DNA from: Vulcanimicrobiota bacterium
GTDB taxonomy: Bacteria > Vulcanimicrobiota > Xenobia > Xenobiales > JADMJV01
NCBI GenBank assembly: GCA_019637395.1
Contig: JAHBVR010000012.1
Span: 193,842 to 257,841, forward strand
Reading direction: 5' to 3'
DNA: 64,000 bases
Below the pieces are notes generated by a model. That model had not been told where the DNA came from. It saw nothing but the letters and a program-made list of their open reading frames with translations, and did no database searches. Positions 1 to 8,788 of the stretch are shown here, in pieces. Every line of letters starts with the position of its first letter. Position 1 is the stretch's first letter. Position numbers and translations under genes: made by a program.

Positions 1-942
1 CCCCCAGGCGGGCCGGGGCAGGGATAAGGCCACCAGTTCGCCACGGTTGTTGATCAGCGGAGCGCCCCCATCCAGGGCGCCGGTATAACCGTCAAAGGCG
101 CAACAAGGCCCGGTCTGACCGCGGCTGCGCACTTCCAAGGTGCGCCCCAAGTTGCGTGGGTCGCCGCAAATCAAGTTCTGATCATGATTGGGATTCTCGG
201 GCGAGATGGGCACGGGAGCGCCGGGGGAAGCTCCCTGGATCCGCAGCAGAGCCAGGTCCTGGCGGCCGTCACCGGCGATCAAGGTGACCGCCACCCGAGT
301 CCCGGCCAGCATACATTGGCCGCCCGAGGAACGGAAAGCCGAAAGTGTCGTCAGGACCTCGTTCTCGGAAACCAGCACTCCCTGCCCGCCCAGGTGCAGG
401 CCATCGCCAAAGGTAATCCAACCGGCGCTGGCGCGCTGCCAGGCTTCCGCGGAACTCGTCTCGGACGGGCGCGGCGGGGGCCCGGCCGGCAGCGGCGCGG
501 TGGCGACCTGAGGTTGAGGCTGGGGAGCGCGTACCTTCAGATTGGACTCTCTTTGTTTATAGGCCTCACCGGGTAAGGGCAAGGAGGTGGCGCTGGGCGA
601 CGGAGTAGCCGTGGGCACATTGTGAGCCACCGCCTGCTTGCGCTCGGGAGGTTTGATTTCCAGCTTGCTCTTGCGCTTCTCCGGATCGACCCCGCCTGAC
701 GCCCCATAAGAAATGGCATAGCCGGCAGCTTGCTGATCCGTCTGGCGGTAAGCGGCCGGTTGCGAGCTTTCAGCGGCATGGCGGTCCAGGCCGGCCAGGG
801 ATTTCTCCTGGCGATACGGCTTGATGAAAATAGCGTAAGTCAACGCAAAACCAAACACGCCGGTGACCAGCGCCAGCATGCCGGCCCGAATGAGATCATC
901 TTTCGTGGGATACTCTTCGGGCTCGTCGCTCATCGCCGCCAT
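1..942 (-). CDS. Partial CDS (C-terminus runs off the window). N-terminal TM helix, a Pro-rich linker, and a C-terminal domain resembling a trypsin-like (S1) fold but with non-canonical catalytic positions
   Basis: Uninterrupted minus-strand reading frame from the ATG at about 942 down to the window edge. It is not in the ORF track because there is no stop inside the window. The translation reads MAAMSDEPEEYPTKDDLIRAGMLALVTGVFGFALTYAIF...QDLALLRIQG...GALDGGAPLINNRGELVAL. It lies directly downstream of the MacB-like permease on the same strand. Confidence 0.45.
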   Translation of the reverse strand, partial: MAAMSDEPEEYPTKDDLIRAGMLALVTGVFGFALTYAIFIKPYRQEKSLAGLDRHAAESSQPAAYRQTDQQAAGYAISYGASGGVDPEKRKSKLEIKPPERKQAVAHNVPTATPSPSATSLPLPGEAYKQRESNLKVRAPQPQPQVATAPLPAGPPPRPSETSSAEAWQRASAGWITFGDGLHLGGQGVLVSENEVLTTLSAFRSSGGQCMLAGTRVAVTLIAGDGRQDLALLRIQGASPGAPVPISPENPNHDQNLICGDPRNLGRTLEVRSRGQTGPCCAFDGYTGALDGGAPLINNRGELVALSLPRPAWG

Positions 943-1014
943 AGAAAAGGAGGTTCGATTTAGAAGAATGCGGGCCCTGTTCGTTTTGCTTAAGGTTGGC
1001 TGAAGCCTGCCTGA

Positions 1015-2229
1015 TTATTCATGGCGCAGGCACTGAATGGGATCCAGCCGGGAAGCCTGCAGAGCCGGATAAAATCCAAAAAATACGCCAATCAAGGCCG
1101 AAAATCCAAAGGCCAGCCAGACCGATGCCGGGCTGATCACGGCCGGCCAGTGGGCCACCCGGGCCACGGCCAGGCTGATGAACGAACCCAGGGCCACTCC
1201 CAAGGCCCCGCCGAAAATGGAAAGGGCCACCGACTCCACCAAAAATTGCCCCAGAATGTCGATACCGCGCGCGCCCAGAGCCATACGAATGCCGATCTCA
1301 CGAATGCGCTCGGTGACCGACACCAGCATGATATTCATGATGCCGATGCCGCCCACCAACAAACTGACCGAGGCCACGCCGCCCAAAAGCACCGAGAAAA
1401 CCTGAGTACTCTCATTGGCCTGCTTGGTGGCCTCGGCCTGGTTGTAGGCATAAAAGGCGTCGCTATCCTCGGGGCGCACCCGGTAGCGCTCTTTGAGCAG
1501 GTTGACTACCTGCTCTTCCAGCGCCGCCACCTGATCGGCCCGTTTGGCCGAGGCGCTGATCGAGTTGATCCACTGGTTCCCCTTCAGCTTTCGCTGGGCG
1601 GTGGTGTAAGGCATGATGATAACGTCGTCGCGCTGCATGCCCCAGCCGGTCTCGCCCTTTTCTTCCATCAAGCCGATCACTGCGAATGGGAAATTTTGCA
1701 CGCGAATGATCTTGCCCACCGGATCGGTGGCTCCGAAGAGTTTCTTGGCCACCTCGGTGCCCAGCACCACCACATGGGCGCCCGAACGCACTTCGTCCTC
1801 GCTGAAGAAACGGCCCCGCTCCACCAGCCAGCTGCGGATCATCAGAAAATTCGGAGTGGTGCCGGTATAGTTGGTGCCCCAATTGGCCGAGCCATAGACC
1901 AGCTGGCAGGGGCCGTTGACCACCGGACAGGCCTGGGCCACCGTAGGCAACTCCGCCACCGCCCGCCAATCGGCGGCACGCATCTGCATGCCGGTCCCGC
2001 GGCCGCCGCGCAGACCTTGCTTGGGCTTGGACCCGCCGAAGACGTGCACGCAGTTGGTGCCCATGCTGGCGATGCTGGCCTCGATATTGGCTTTAGCGCC
2101 GTTGGCGATACTCAACATGGAGATAACAGCGGCCACGCCGATGATGATGCCCAACATAGTCAGGCAGGTGCGCATCTTATTGCGCAGCAGGGCGCGCAAA
2201 GCCACGCGCAGCGTCAACATCCAGGTCAT
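1015..2229 (-). CDS. ABC transporter permease of the MacB/FtsX family
   Basis: 404-aa ORF. N-terminal TM helix, a large periplasmic domain, and three C-terminal TM helices typical of the FtsX fold (…GIRMALGARGIDILGQFLVESVALS…). It overlaps the upstream ATPase gene by 4 bp. Confidence 0.9.
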   Translation of the reverse strand: MTWMLTLRVALRALLRNKMRTCLTMLGIIIGVAAVISMLSIANGAKANIEASIASMGTNCVHVFGGSKPKQGLRGGRGTGMQMRAADWRAVAELPTVAQACPVVNGPCQLVYGSANWGTNYTGTTPNFLMIRSWLVERGRFFSEDEVRSGAHVVVLGTEVAKKLFGATDPVGKIIRVQNFPFAVIGLMEEKGETGWGMQRDDVIIMPYTTAQRKLKGNQWINSISASAKRADQVAALEEQVVNLLKERYRVRPEDSDAFYAYNQAEATKQANESTQVFSVLLGGVASVSLLVGGIGIMNIMLVSVTERIREIGIRMALGARGIDILGQFLVESVALSIFGGALGVALGSFISLAVARVAHWPAVISPASVWLAFGFSALIGVFFGFYPALQASRLDPIQCLRHE

Positions 2230-2951
2230 GGATGAGTAAAGACCTTGTGCTGCAAAACCTCCTCAGGCCGCCCATCGCCGATCAATTCCCCATCCTTGAC
2301 CAGCACCACCCGGTTGGTTTTCAGGGCCACGTCCGGTTCATGGGTCACCAGCAGCACGGTAATGTGCTCGTCGTTATTGAGATTGGCGAAAAGCTGCATG
2401 ACCTCGTCACTGGTGCGCGAATCCAGGTTGCCGGTGGGCTCGTCGGCCAGAATCAAGGGGGGCCGGGTCACCAGAGCCCGGGCGATGGCCACTCGTTGCT
2501 GCTCGCCGCCCGACATCTGGCTGGGCACATGGTGGTGGCGCTTGCCCAGGCCGACCCGCTCCAGCACTTCCATAGCCAGCGCGCGCCGTTTTTTCGCGTC
2601 TTTTTCGCCACGATAGAGCAAGGGTAGCTCGACATTCTCCAGAGCACTGGTGCGCGCCAGCAGATTGAAGCCCTGAAACACGAAGCCCAGGCTGCGATTG
2701 CGCACCCAGGCGCGCTGATCCCGGGTGAGATGGGCGGTTTCGCGCCCGTCCAGCACGTAGCTGCCGGAAGTGGGCCGATCCAGGCAACCCAGTGTATTCA
2801 TCAGCGTCGACTTGCCCGACCCCGAAGGACCCATAATCGAGAGAAATTCACCCTTTTCGATGGTCAGGTTGATACCGCGCAACGCGCGTACCTCTACTCC
2901 ACCGGCCGAACGGTAGGTGCGCACGATGTCTTTCAACTCAATCAACGGCAT
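2226..2951 (-). CDS. ABC transporter ATP-binding protein (MacB/LolD-type)
   Basis: Walker A GPSGSGKST, ABC signature LSGGEQQRVAIARAL, Walker B LILADEPTGNLD. Confidence 0.92.
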   Translation of the reverse strand: MPLIELKDIVRTYRSAGGVEVRALRGINLTIEKGEFLSIMGPSGSGKSTLMNTLGCLDRPTSGSYVLDGRETAHLTRDQRAWVRNRSLGFVFQGFNLLARTSALENVELPLLYRGEKDAKKRRALAMEVLERVGLGKRHHHVPSQMSGGEQQRVAIARALVTRPPLILADEPTGNLDSRTSDEVMQLFANLNNDEHITVLLVTHEPDVALKTNRVVLVKDGELIGDGRPEEVLQHKVFTHP

Positions 2952-2953
2952 AC

Positions 2954-4507
2954 TTAAAAAGCGAGCCGGACCTTTTTTCGCTTGAGCTTTTCCTCGTCCA
3001 GGATTTTAGTGTAGACCTTATCGCCAACTTTCAGATCGCCCTCGACCAGTTCGGAGAACTGGCCATCGCTGACGCCGATCAGAATGTCGCGGCGCTGCGG
3101 GCCGGTCTTACCCGGCACCCAGACCACGCCGGCGCGGCCGTTACGCCTGGGCTTTTTTTGCTTATCTTTCTCTTTGTTCTTCTCTTTTTCGCGAGCTTTC
3201 TTCTCCTCCTCAGGGTCAGGAGGATTGGGCGGTAGGAAGCGCAGGGCTTCGTCCGGCACCAACAATACGTCTTTCAACTCCTCGGCGGCTACCGCCACCG
3301 TGGCCGTCATACCGGGTTTCAACAGTAATTTTGGATTCGGGGCCGAAATCAGTACCCCGTAAACCACCACGTTATTCTGGTTGGTGTTGGCGCTGACCGG
3401 CGCGGAGCGCACCTGGGTCACCTTGCCCTCGAACTTATCCTCAGGGTAGGCATCCACTGTGAAAGTCACTTTTTGCCCGGTGAAAACGCGGCCGATGTCG
3501 GCTTCGGAAACGTCGGCCCGCACCTGCATGCGGCGCAGGTCGCGAGCGATCTTGAAGAGTTCGGGAGCGGTGAAAGAAGCCGCCACCGTCTGGCCGGGCT
3601 CGATTTTGCGGTCGATGACGGTGCCGTCGACAGGCGAGCGAATGACGGTGCGCTGCAGATCCACGCGGGCCCGCTGCAGTGTGGCTTCATATTGGCGAAT
3701 GCGGGCCTGGGCCGAATTCAGTTCAGCCTGGGCCGCCTGCACGTTGGCCCGATCGGCCTGCAGCTTGGCCTCGGCCGAAATGACGTTGTTCTTGGCCTGG
3801 AGCAGCTGGGCTTGGGAAGTGCGCACCTGGGCTTGCAGCGACTGCTCATTGGCCAGGGAACTTTCGTAGCCCGAGCCGGCCACCCGGTAAGCGGTGCGCT
3901 TCTGGTCGCGCTCGCTGGCGGCCACCAGCTGGTTGGCGTAGAGCTGCTCGTAGCGCTTGTATTCCAGCAGGGCGTTGTCCATTTCGGCTTTAGCCTTGGT
4001 GACGCTGGCCGTGCTGTTGCGCAGATTGGCGCGCGCTCCTTCGAGCATGGAGATATTCTGAGTGTAGGTGTTACGGGCAACTTCCACCTGCGTTTCCGAC
4101 TGGGCGATGGCGGCCCGGCTATTGGCCAGGCGGGCGTTGGCCGTCTCGGCACCGGCCAGGCCCACTTCCAGGCCGGCCTCGGCTTCCTGGACCTTGGCCT
4201 GAAACTCCGAAGGGTCGAGCACAGCCAGCACCTGGCCGGTTTGCACCTGCGAGTTGAAATCGACGCGCACTTCCCGAACCGGGCCGGAAACCTGCGAGCC
4301 CACGGTAACGGTGGTAATGGCCTCCAGCGCGCCGGTGGCCGAGACGGTGGCGGTGATGTTGCCTTTCTCCACGGTAGCGTCCAACAATTCCACCTCAGGA
4401 GTGGATCCTGGGGCGTATTTGACCCACCACCAGACGGCGGCCGCCGCCAGCAGGATCAAAAAGAGCCAGCCCCAGGGGCGGCGGGCGGAAGGAACGTCAG
4501 AACTCAC
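2954..4507 (-). CDS. HlyD/MacA-family periplasmic adaptor subunit of the ABC efflux system
   Basis: 517 aa. N-terminal TM helix, long coiled-coil segments, a C-terminal beta-barrel/lipoyl-like region, and a Lys/Glu-rich linker (EEEKKAREKEKNKEKDKQKK). It is immediately upstream of the ATPase and permease genes. Confidence 0.85.
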   Translation of the reverse strand: MSSDVPSARRPWGWLFLILLAAAAVWWWVKYAPGSTPEVELLDATVEKGNITATVSATGALEAITTVTVGSQVSGPVREVRVDFNSQVQTGQVLAVLDPSEFQAKVQEAEAGLEVGLAGAETANARLANSRAAIAQSETQVEVARNTYTQNISMLEGARANLRNSTASVTKAKAEMDNALLEYKRYEQLYANQLVAASERDQKRTAYRVAGSGYESSLANEQSLQAQVRTSQAQLLQAKNNVISAEAKLQADRANVQAAQAELNSAQARIRQYEATLQRARVDLQRTVIRSPVDGTVIDRKIEPGQTVAASFTAPELFKIARDLRRMQVRADVSEADIGRVFTGQKVTFTVDAYPEDKFEGKVTQVRSAPVSANTNQNNVVVYGVLISAPNPKLLLKPGMTATVAVAAEELKDVLLVPDEALRFLPPNPPDPEEEKKAREKEKNKEKDKQKKPRRNGRAGVVWVPGKTGPQRRDILIGVSDGQFSELVEGDLKVGDKVYTKILDEEKLKRKKVRLAF

Positions 4508-4564
4508 GCGCCCAGAATTCTAGGGCGGGGGGGAGCCTCCTGGGGCGTGGAGAAAACTCACCAC

Positions 4565-6697
4565 GTGAAAAAATTCTTGCTCCTGCTCGTGCTCCTGGGC
4601 CTGTGCCTGGGCGGCGCCTGGCTCTATTTCAAGAAAATGCCTCAGCGCAACAAACCGTCCGCCGCCGCCACCGCCCTGCCCAGCCTGCCCAAACCCTCGC
4701 GCGAATTCCGCTTCGGAGTTTTAGGCCGGCCCAGCGAGCTCCCTCTGAGAGCCCTCAGCCGTATGCCGGAATTACAGGATCTCCCCATCAAGTTTATCCC
4801 TTGCGCCAGCCCGGCCGAGCGCTGGCTGATGCTAACCAGCGGCCAGGTGGATGTGGTGGTGGCCAGCACCGACGAACTGGCCTCGGCCCTGCCCCGCTAC
4901 CGCGTAGATCTGAATCTTTTCCCCATGGCTCTGCAGAACGGCAATGAACAGGTGGTAGGCTCCAAAGACGCGGCCAGCCCGCCCTGGGTCGCCTATCTGC
5001 CCGGCGGCGTCGGCCAGAGCCTGGCTCTCGATCTGAAGGACCCGCAGCTCAGGTTGCTCTCCCTGAACAGCCCCGAAAAAGCCGCCGCCATGCTAAAATC
5101 GGGGCAGATCCGGGCCTGCAGCCTGTGGAACCCCTACCTGGAGCAGGCCAAGGCGCAGGGGTTCGAAACCAGGGGCCAGCCCGCCAGCAACCTGGAAGTG
5201 TGGGTGTCAGGCCACGGGGGCGTGGCCACCGGCCGCCTGAATGAAGGCGACGAATCCAAAGTGGTGCGCGCCTGGTTTGATCTGATGCGCCAGTTGGCCG
5301 AGCAACCGGAACTCACGCAACGAGCCATCGCCGAAGAAAACGAACTGCCGCCGGCTCAAGTCCCGAGTTGCCTGAAGGGCCTGCAGTTTTACTCGGCCGG
5401 CAGCCTGCTGGCCAACCGCGTCAAGCTGGGCGAAGATCTGCGCACGCAAATGCGCGACAAGGTCAATCTGTGGTCGCTGGCCGGCCAACCGGTGGGTGGC
5501 GACATCGAGCGCCTGCAAGTGGACCTGGACTGGTTGATGGCGCTCGGACTCGACGGAGAGGCCCCGGTTCGCTTGCCCGCCGAGACACCCACCCCGGAAG
5601 ATACGGCTACACCCATTTCCCGTCCACCCGGGGGCGACCCTTTTGATCGGCCGGGAGGGAGTTCCGGCGCCAATATTACCCAGGCCGGCGGCGACGCTCG
5701 CCATAGCGGCATTCTGCCCGGTCCGGCGCTGATCTCGGAACCCAAACAATTGTGGTCGGCCTCTCTCGGCGCGGAACCCACCAGCCCGGTGGTAGCCAGC
5801 CCGGACGGCAGCCAACTTTTCGTCGGTCTGGACGACGGCAATCTGGCCTGCCTGGAACGCTCCAGCGGTCGAATCCTCTGGAAATTTCCCATGGGGGAGC
5901 GCATTCGCAGCGCGCCTGCCTGCCATGACGGTTATGTCGAGGTGGCTTGCGATAGCGGAGCGGTTGCCAGCATCAACCGCGGCGATGGCCAGAAGCGCTG
6001 GCTGGTTCAAGTTGGCTCGGACGTGATCGGTCCGCTGACCGAAGACGACGGCGCTTTGTTGCTGGCTACTTACGAAGGCAACGTCACTTCCCTGGATCTG
6101 AGCGACGGCTCCACCCGCTGGAGCCAACCGACCGGCGCCAACATTACGGCCGGGCTGGCCGTCTCCGGCGACTCGGTAGTGGCCTGTTGCATCGACAAAA
6201 AGGTCCGTTCTTTTGCCAAAGCCGACGGTAAACCGGGCTGGGAGACTCCCTTGGGCGAAGCCTGCCGGGCCACTCCCTGCATCGAGTCGGGCCTGATTAC
6301 GGTAGGCTGCGGCGACAAGAAAGTCTACGGCCTGCGCGTCTCGGACGGCACGGTGGCCTGGAAACGCCCGCTACCCGATGAAGTAACCTGCGCGCCGGTG
6401 GCCCTGGGACGCAACGTCTGGCTCGGGTGCAAAGATAACAACGTCTATTGCCTGGATCGGGCCACCGGCGAAGAGGTCTGGCACTATCCGACCCGCGAGC
6501 GGGTGGCCAACGACCTGGTGGGAGCCGGCGATACCATCTACGCCATCAGCCAGGACATGCGCCTCTATGCCCTGGGCGCCACCGATCACAAGCTACGCTT
6601 CAAATACAAGGAAAGCAACTGGCTGCAGACCCCCTGGGTGCAGGACTCGGTGGTCTATCTGCCGGTGGCCGACGGCACTCTCAAAGCTCTCAAATAA
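4565..6697 (+). CDS. Fusion protein: signal/anchor, a periplasmic solute-binding-like domain (NMT1/SsuA-like), a Pro-rich linker, and a PQQ-repeat beta-propeller (BamB-like)
   Basis: The track ORF 3473..6697 has a 5' part antisense to the adaptor gene. The likely start is a GTG at about 4565 (VKKFLLLLVLLGLCLGGAWLYF, GGAG upstream); an ATG at 4637 is the alternative. Seven or more repeats of the form 'G…V/LY(A/C)LD…G…(W/R)W' are visible (for example DDGNLACLERSSGRILWKF and NNVYCLDRATGEEVWHY). Confidence 0.7.
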   Translation: MKKFLLLLVLLGLCLGGAWLYFKKMPQRNKPSAAATALPSLPKPSREFRFGVLGRPSELPLRALSRMPELQDLPIKFIPCASPAERWLMLTSGQVDVVVASTDELASALPRYRVDLNLFPMALQNGNEQVVGSKDAASPPWVAYLPGGVGQSLALDLKDPQLRLLSLNSPEKAAAMLKSGQIRACSLWNPYLEQAKAQGFETRGQPASNLEVWVSGHGGVATGRLNEGDESKVVRAWFDLMRQLAEQPELTQRAIAEENELPPAQVPSCLKGLQFYSAGSLLANRVKLGEDLRTQMRDKVNLWSLAGQPVGGDIERLQVDLDWLMALGLDGEAPVRLPAETPTPEDTATPISRPPGGDPFDRPGGSSGANITQAGGDARHSGILPGPALISEPKQLWSASLGAEPTSPVVASPDGSQLFVGLDDGNLACLERSSGRILWKFPMGERIRSAPACHDGYVEVACDSGAVASINRGDGQKRWLVQVGSDVIGPLTEDDGALLLATYEGNVTSLDLSDGSTRWSQPTGANITAGLAVSGDSVVACCIDKKVRSFAKADGKPGWETPLGEACRATPCIESGLITVGCGDKKVYGLRVSDGTVAWKRPLPDEVTCAPVALGRNVWLGCKDNNVYCLDRATGEEVWHYPTRERVANDLVGAGDTIYAISQDMRLYALGATDHKLRFKYKESNWLQTPWVQDSVVYLPVADGTLKALK

Positions 6698-7029
6698 GTG
6701 AAGCCCTTCGAATTTCGGCAACATTTTTGTAACACTTCCCGGCCCCGATTCGGAATAGGTTGATTCCAGCCCCCTTGGGACAAGATATTGCGGAGGTGTT
6801 CATTGAAATTACCGGCTTCCAAGTCCACGGTGCGACTCTTCTTAGGGACACGGCGTTCCACCAGCTTGGGTAACTGGGATCGTGAGCGCGAAGAAGACCA
6901 TCTCGACCTCAGTCTGTGGAATCGCGCCTTGAGCGGTTTGCGCCGCAGCCCGGAACGGATTCGGAAAGTTTAACCCGTGGTCCAGAGGGGAAGGTGGCCA
7001 GATAACCATAATTACAACGAAGGCACTTC

Positions 7030-8172
7030 ATGACTCCTAAACCCTCAGCGACTTATCCCGTCATCGTCCTTGGCGCCGGCCCGGCTGGTCTGGCCGTGGC
7101 CTATGAGTTGCTGAGACGTGGAGTCAACCCCCTGGTCCTAGAAAAGGGAGCGACGGCGGGCGCTTCTTTCGCCTCCTTCCCGCGCAATATTTTCTTCGGG
7201 CCGTGGCTCAATAATTTGCTGCCCGGCTCTTCCATCGACTGGGCCTGGCTGCTCAAGCGCTCCACCCAGCCGGCCTATTCCAAGTATTTGCAAGACTATG
7301 CCCATCAGAACCGGCTTCCGGTGAAGTGCGGCGTGGCCGTGCAGTCGGTGGTGCGCGAAGAGAACGGATTCCGCATCCAGACCTCGGCCGGTGAGTATCG
7401 CTGCCAGCTGCTGGTCAACTGCACCGGCTATTTCACGCGGCCCTATACACCCAACTACCCCGGCCTGGACAGCACCCGCATACCTCATATGCACGTATCT
7501 CAATATCGAGACCCATCGACCGTTATGGATATTCTGAAGCGTCGTAGCGGCCGTATCCTGGTGGTGGGCAAGCGGCTCTCGGCCGGTGAGACCTTCGTGG
7601 AATTGCACAATGCCGGCTATCAGATGGCTCTCAGCTACCGCGGCAAAAAGCTACGTTTCGGACCGACCACCTGGGGTGAAGCTCTATTCTCGCCCATCAA
7701 CTGGGTATTCGAGCGCATCTCGGTGGCCCTGCGCGTGCGCAAACATTCCTACCCGCTGATGGCCGGCGGTGAGAGCCGGCGTCTGATCGAGAACGGCCAG
7801 GTAGCGACCTTCTCACAGATTGCTCGCTTCAACGAGAATACGGTGGTCTTCGAGGATGGGCGTGAGGAACGCTTCGATCTGGTGATTTTCGCCACCGGCT
7901 ATCGCGCCGCCATGGCTCATCTGGAAAGCCTGCTGGGCCCGCAGCCCAACGAACCCAAGTTGAAAAACATGGAATCCACCCAGGTCCCCGACCTCTTCTT
8001 CCTGGGCGTGGATCAGCAGCGCACCTATCGCAGTCGCTTTCTGCGCGGCATCGTGGAAGACTCCCGACTGGTGGCCGAACTGGTCGCCCGCCGCGCCCAA
8101 CGCCTCCCTTCCCCCCGCCGCGAACTCCCGGAAATCGTCCCCCTCGAAAACTCCGCCACTCTCGTTAACTAA
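7030..8172 (+). CDS. FAD/NAD(P)-binding oxidoreductase, flavin-containing monooxygenase-like
   Basis: N-terminal Rossmann motif VIVLGAGPAGLAVA, a second dinucleotide motif ILVVGKRLSAGE, and the FMO-type FATGY motif (VIFATGYRA). Confidence 0.8.
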   Translation: MTPKPSATYPVIVLGAGPAGLAVAYELLRRGVNPLVLEKGATAGASFASFPRNIFFGPWLNNLLPGSSIDWAWLLKRSTQPAYSKYLQDYAHQNRLPVKCGVAVQSVVREENGFRIQTSAGEYRCQLLVNCTGYFTRPYTPNYPGLDSTRIPHMHVSQYRDPSTVMDILKRRSGRILVVGKRLSAGETFVELHNAGYQMALSYRGKKLRFGPTTWGEALFSPINWVFERISVALRVRKHSYPLMAGGESRRLIENGQVATFSQIARFNENTVVFEDGREERFDLVIFATGYRAAMAHLESLLGPQPNEPKLKNMESTQVPDLFFLGVDQQRTYRSRFLRGIVEDSRLVAELVARRAQRLPSPRRELPEIVPLENSATLVN

Positions 8173-8788
8173 CGGCTCTCCCCGCCACGCGGGCCAGGCA
8201 CAGGCACACAACCCGCTCGGCGCCGGCCGCGAGCAAGGCGTCGCGGGCATGTTTGAGGGTTTGACCGCTGGTGATAACGTCGTCAACGAGCACGACCGTG
8301 CCGCTCAGACGCCCGCGATAAGCAAAAACGGACCGTTGGGCGCGGCGAGCGTCATAACCACGGAGAGCCTTGCGTGGGGCGGGGTCGCCCAGGCAATGGA
8401 AGTCAGACAAGAGCGGCAGTCCCAGGTTGGCCGCCAGTCTCTGCGGTAGGCAATAGCCGCGCCAGCGTTGGCGCCGGGCCGAAGTGGGCACACCCACTAC
8501 CGAAACATCCCCCACCCTGCGCTGGCGTAGCAGTTTCCTCAGGTGCTCACCCAGCACGCGAAGAAGAGCCTGGTCGTTGCGCTCCTTGATGCGCAATACG
8601 GCTCCTCGCAAAGCCCCGCGGTAGATTCCCAGAGACCCGACTTCCAGTCCATCACGGAACTCCCAGCCAGTTTCCAGCCGGTCCAGGCAAGCGCGGCAAA
8701 ACGGGCTGCCGGAGCGGCCGCATTCTATACAGCGAGCCGGGAAGAGCCGGCTCAGCAGGGCACCGATCAGTCCGAGGATTCCCTCTGC
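8165..8788 (-). CDS. comF: ComF-family phosphoribosyltransferase-domain protein
   Basis: PRTase motif VVLVDDVITSGQTL. The in-frame upstream extension encodes a ComF-type zinc finger (ARCIECGRSGSPFCRACLD). The frame opens right after the stop of the upstream gene, and the first canonical start is a TTG at 8611, so the true start is unresolved. Confidence 0.6.
   Translation of the reverse strand, partial: AEGILGLIGALLSRLFPARCIECGRSGSPFCRACLDRLETGWEFRDGLEVGSLGIYRGALRGAVLRIKERNDQALLRVLGEHLRKLLRQRRVGDVSVVGVPTSARRQRWRGYCLPQRLAANLGLPLLSDFHCLGDPAPRKALRGYDARRAQRSVFAYRGRLSGTVVLVDDVITSGQTLKHARDALLAAGAERVVCLCLARVAGRAVS

Noticed and set aside
1021-2235. 404-aa plus-strand ORF mirroring the MacB-like permease
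   Set aside because: An antisense shadow ORF typical of high-GC DNA; the translation is His/Gly/Arg-rich junk with no domain.
3473-4564. The 5' portion of the 1074-aa plus-strand ORF overlapping the adaptor gene
   Set aside because: It lies antisense to a well-supported HlyD-family gene, and its translation (…GVGRLGTGQAHFQAGLGFLDLG…) is low-complexity. A signal-peptide-bearing GTG start at 4565 gives a coherent protein.
5207-6127. 306-aa minus-strand ORF inside the PQQ-propeller gene
   Set aside because: Antisense to a gene with clear repeat structure, with no motifs.
6655-6861. 68-aa minus-strand ORF in the intergenic region after the PQQ-propeller gene
   Set aside because: Short, no SD or motifs, and it overlaps the 3' end of a strong gene.
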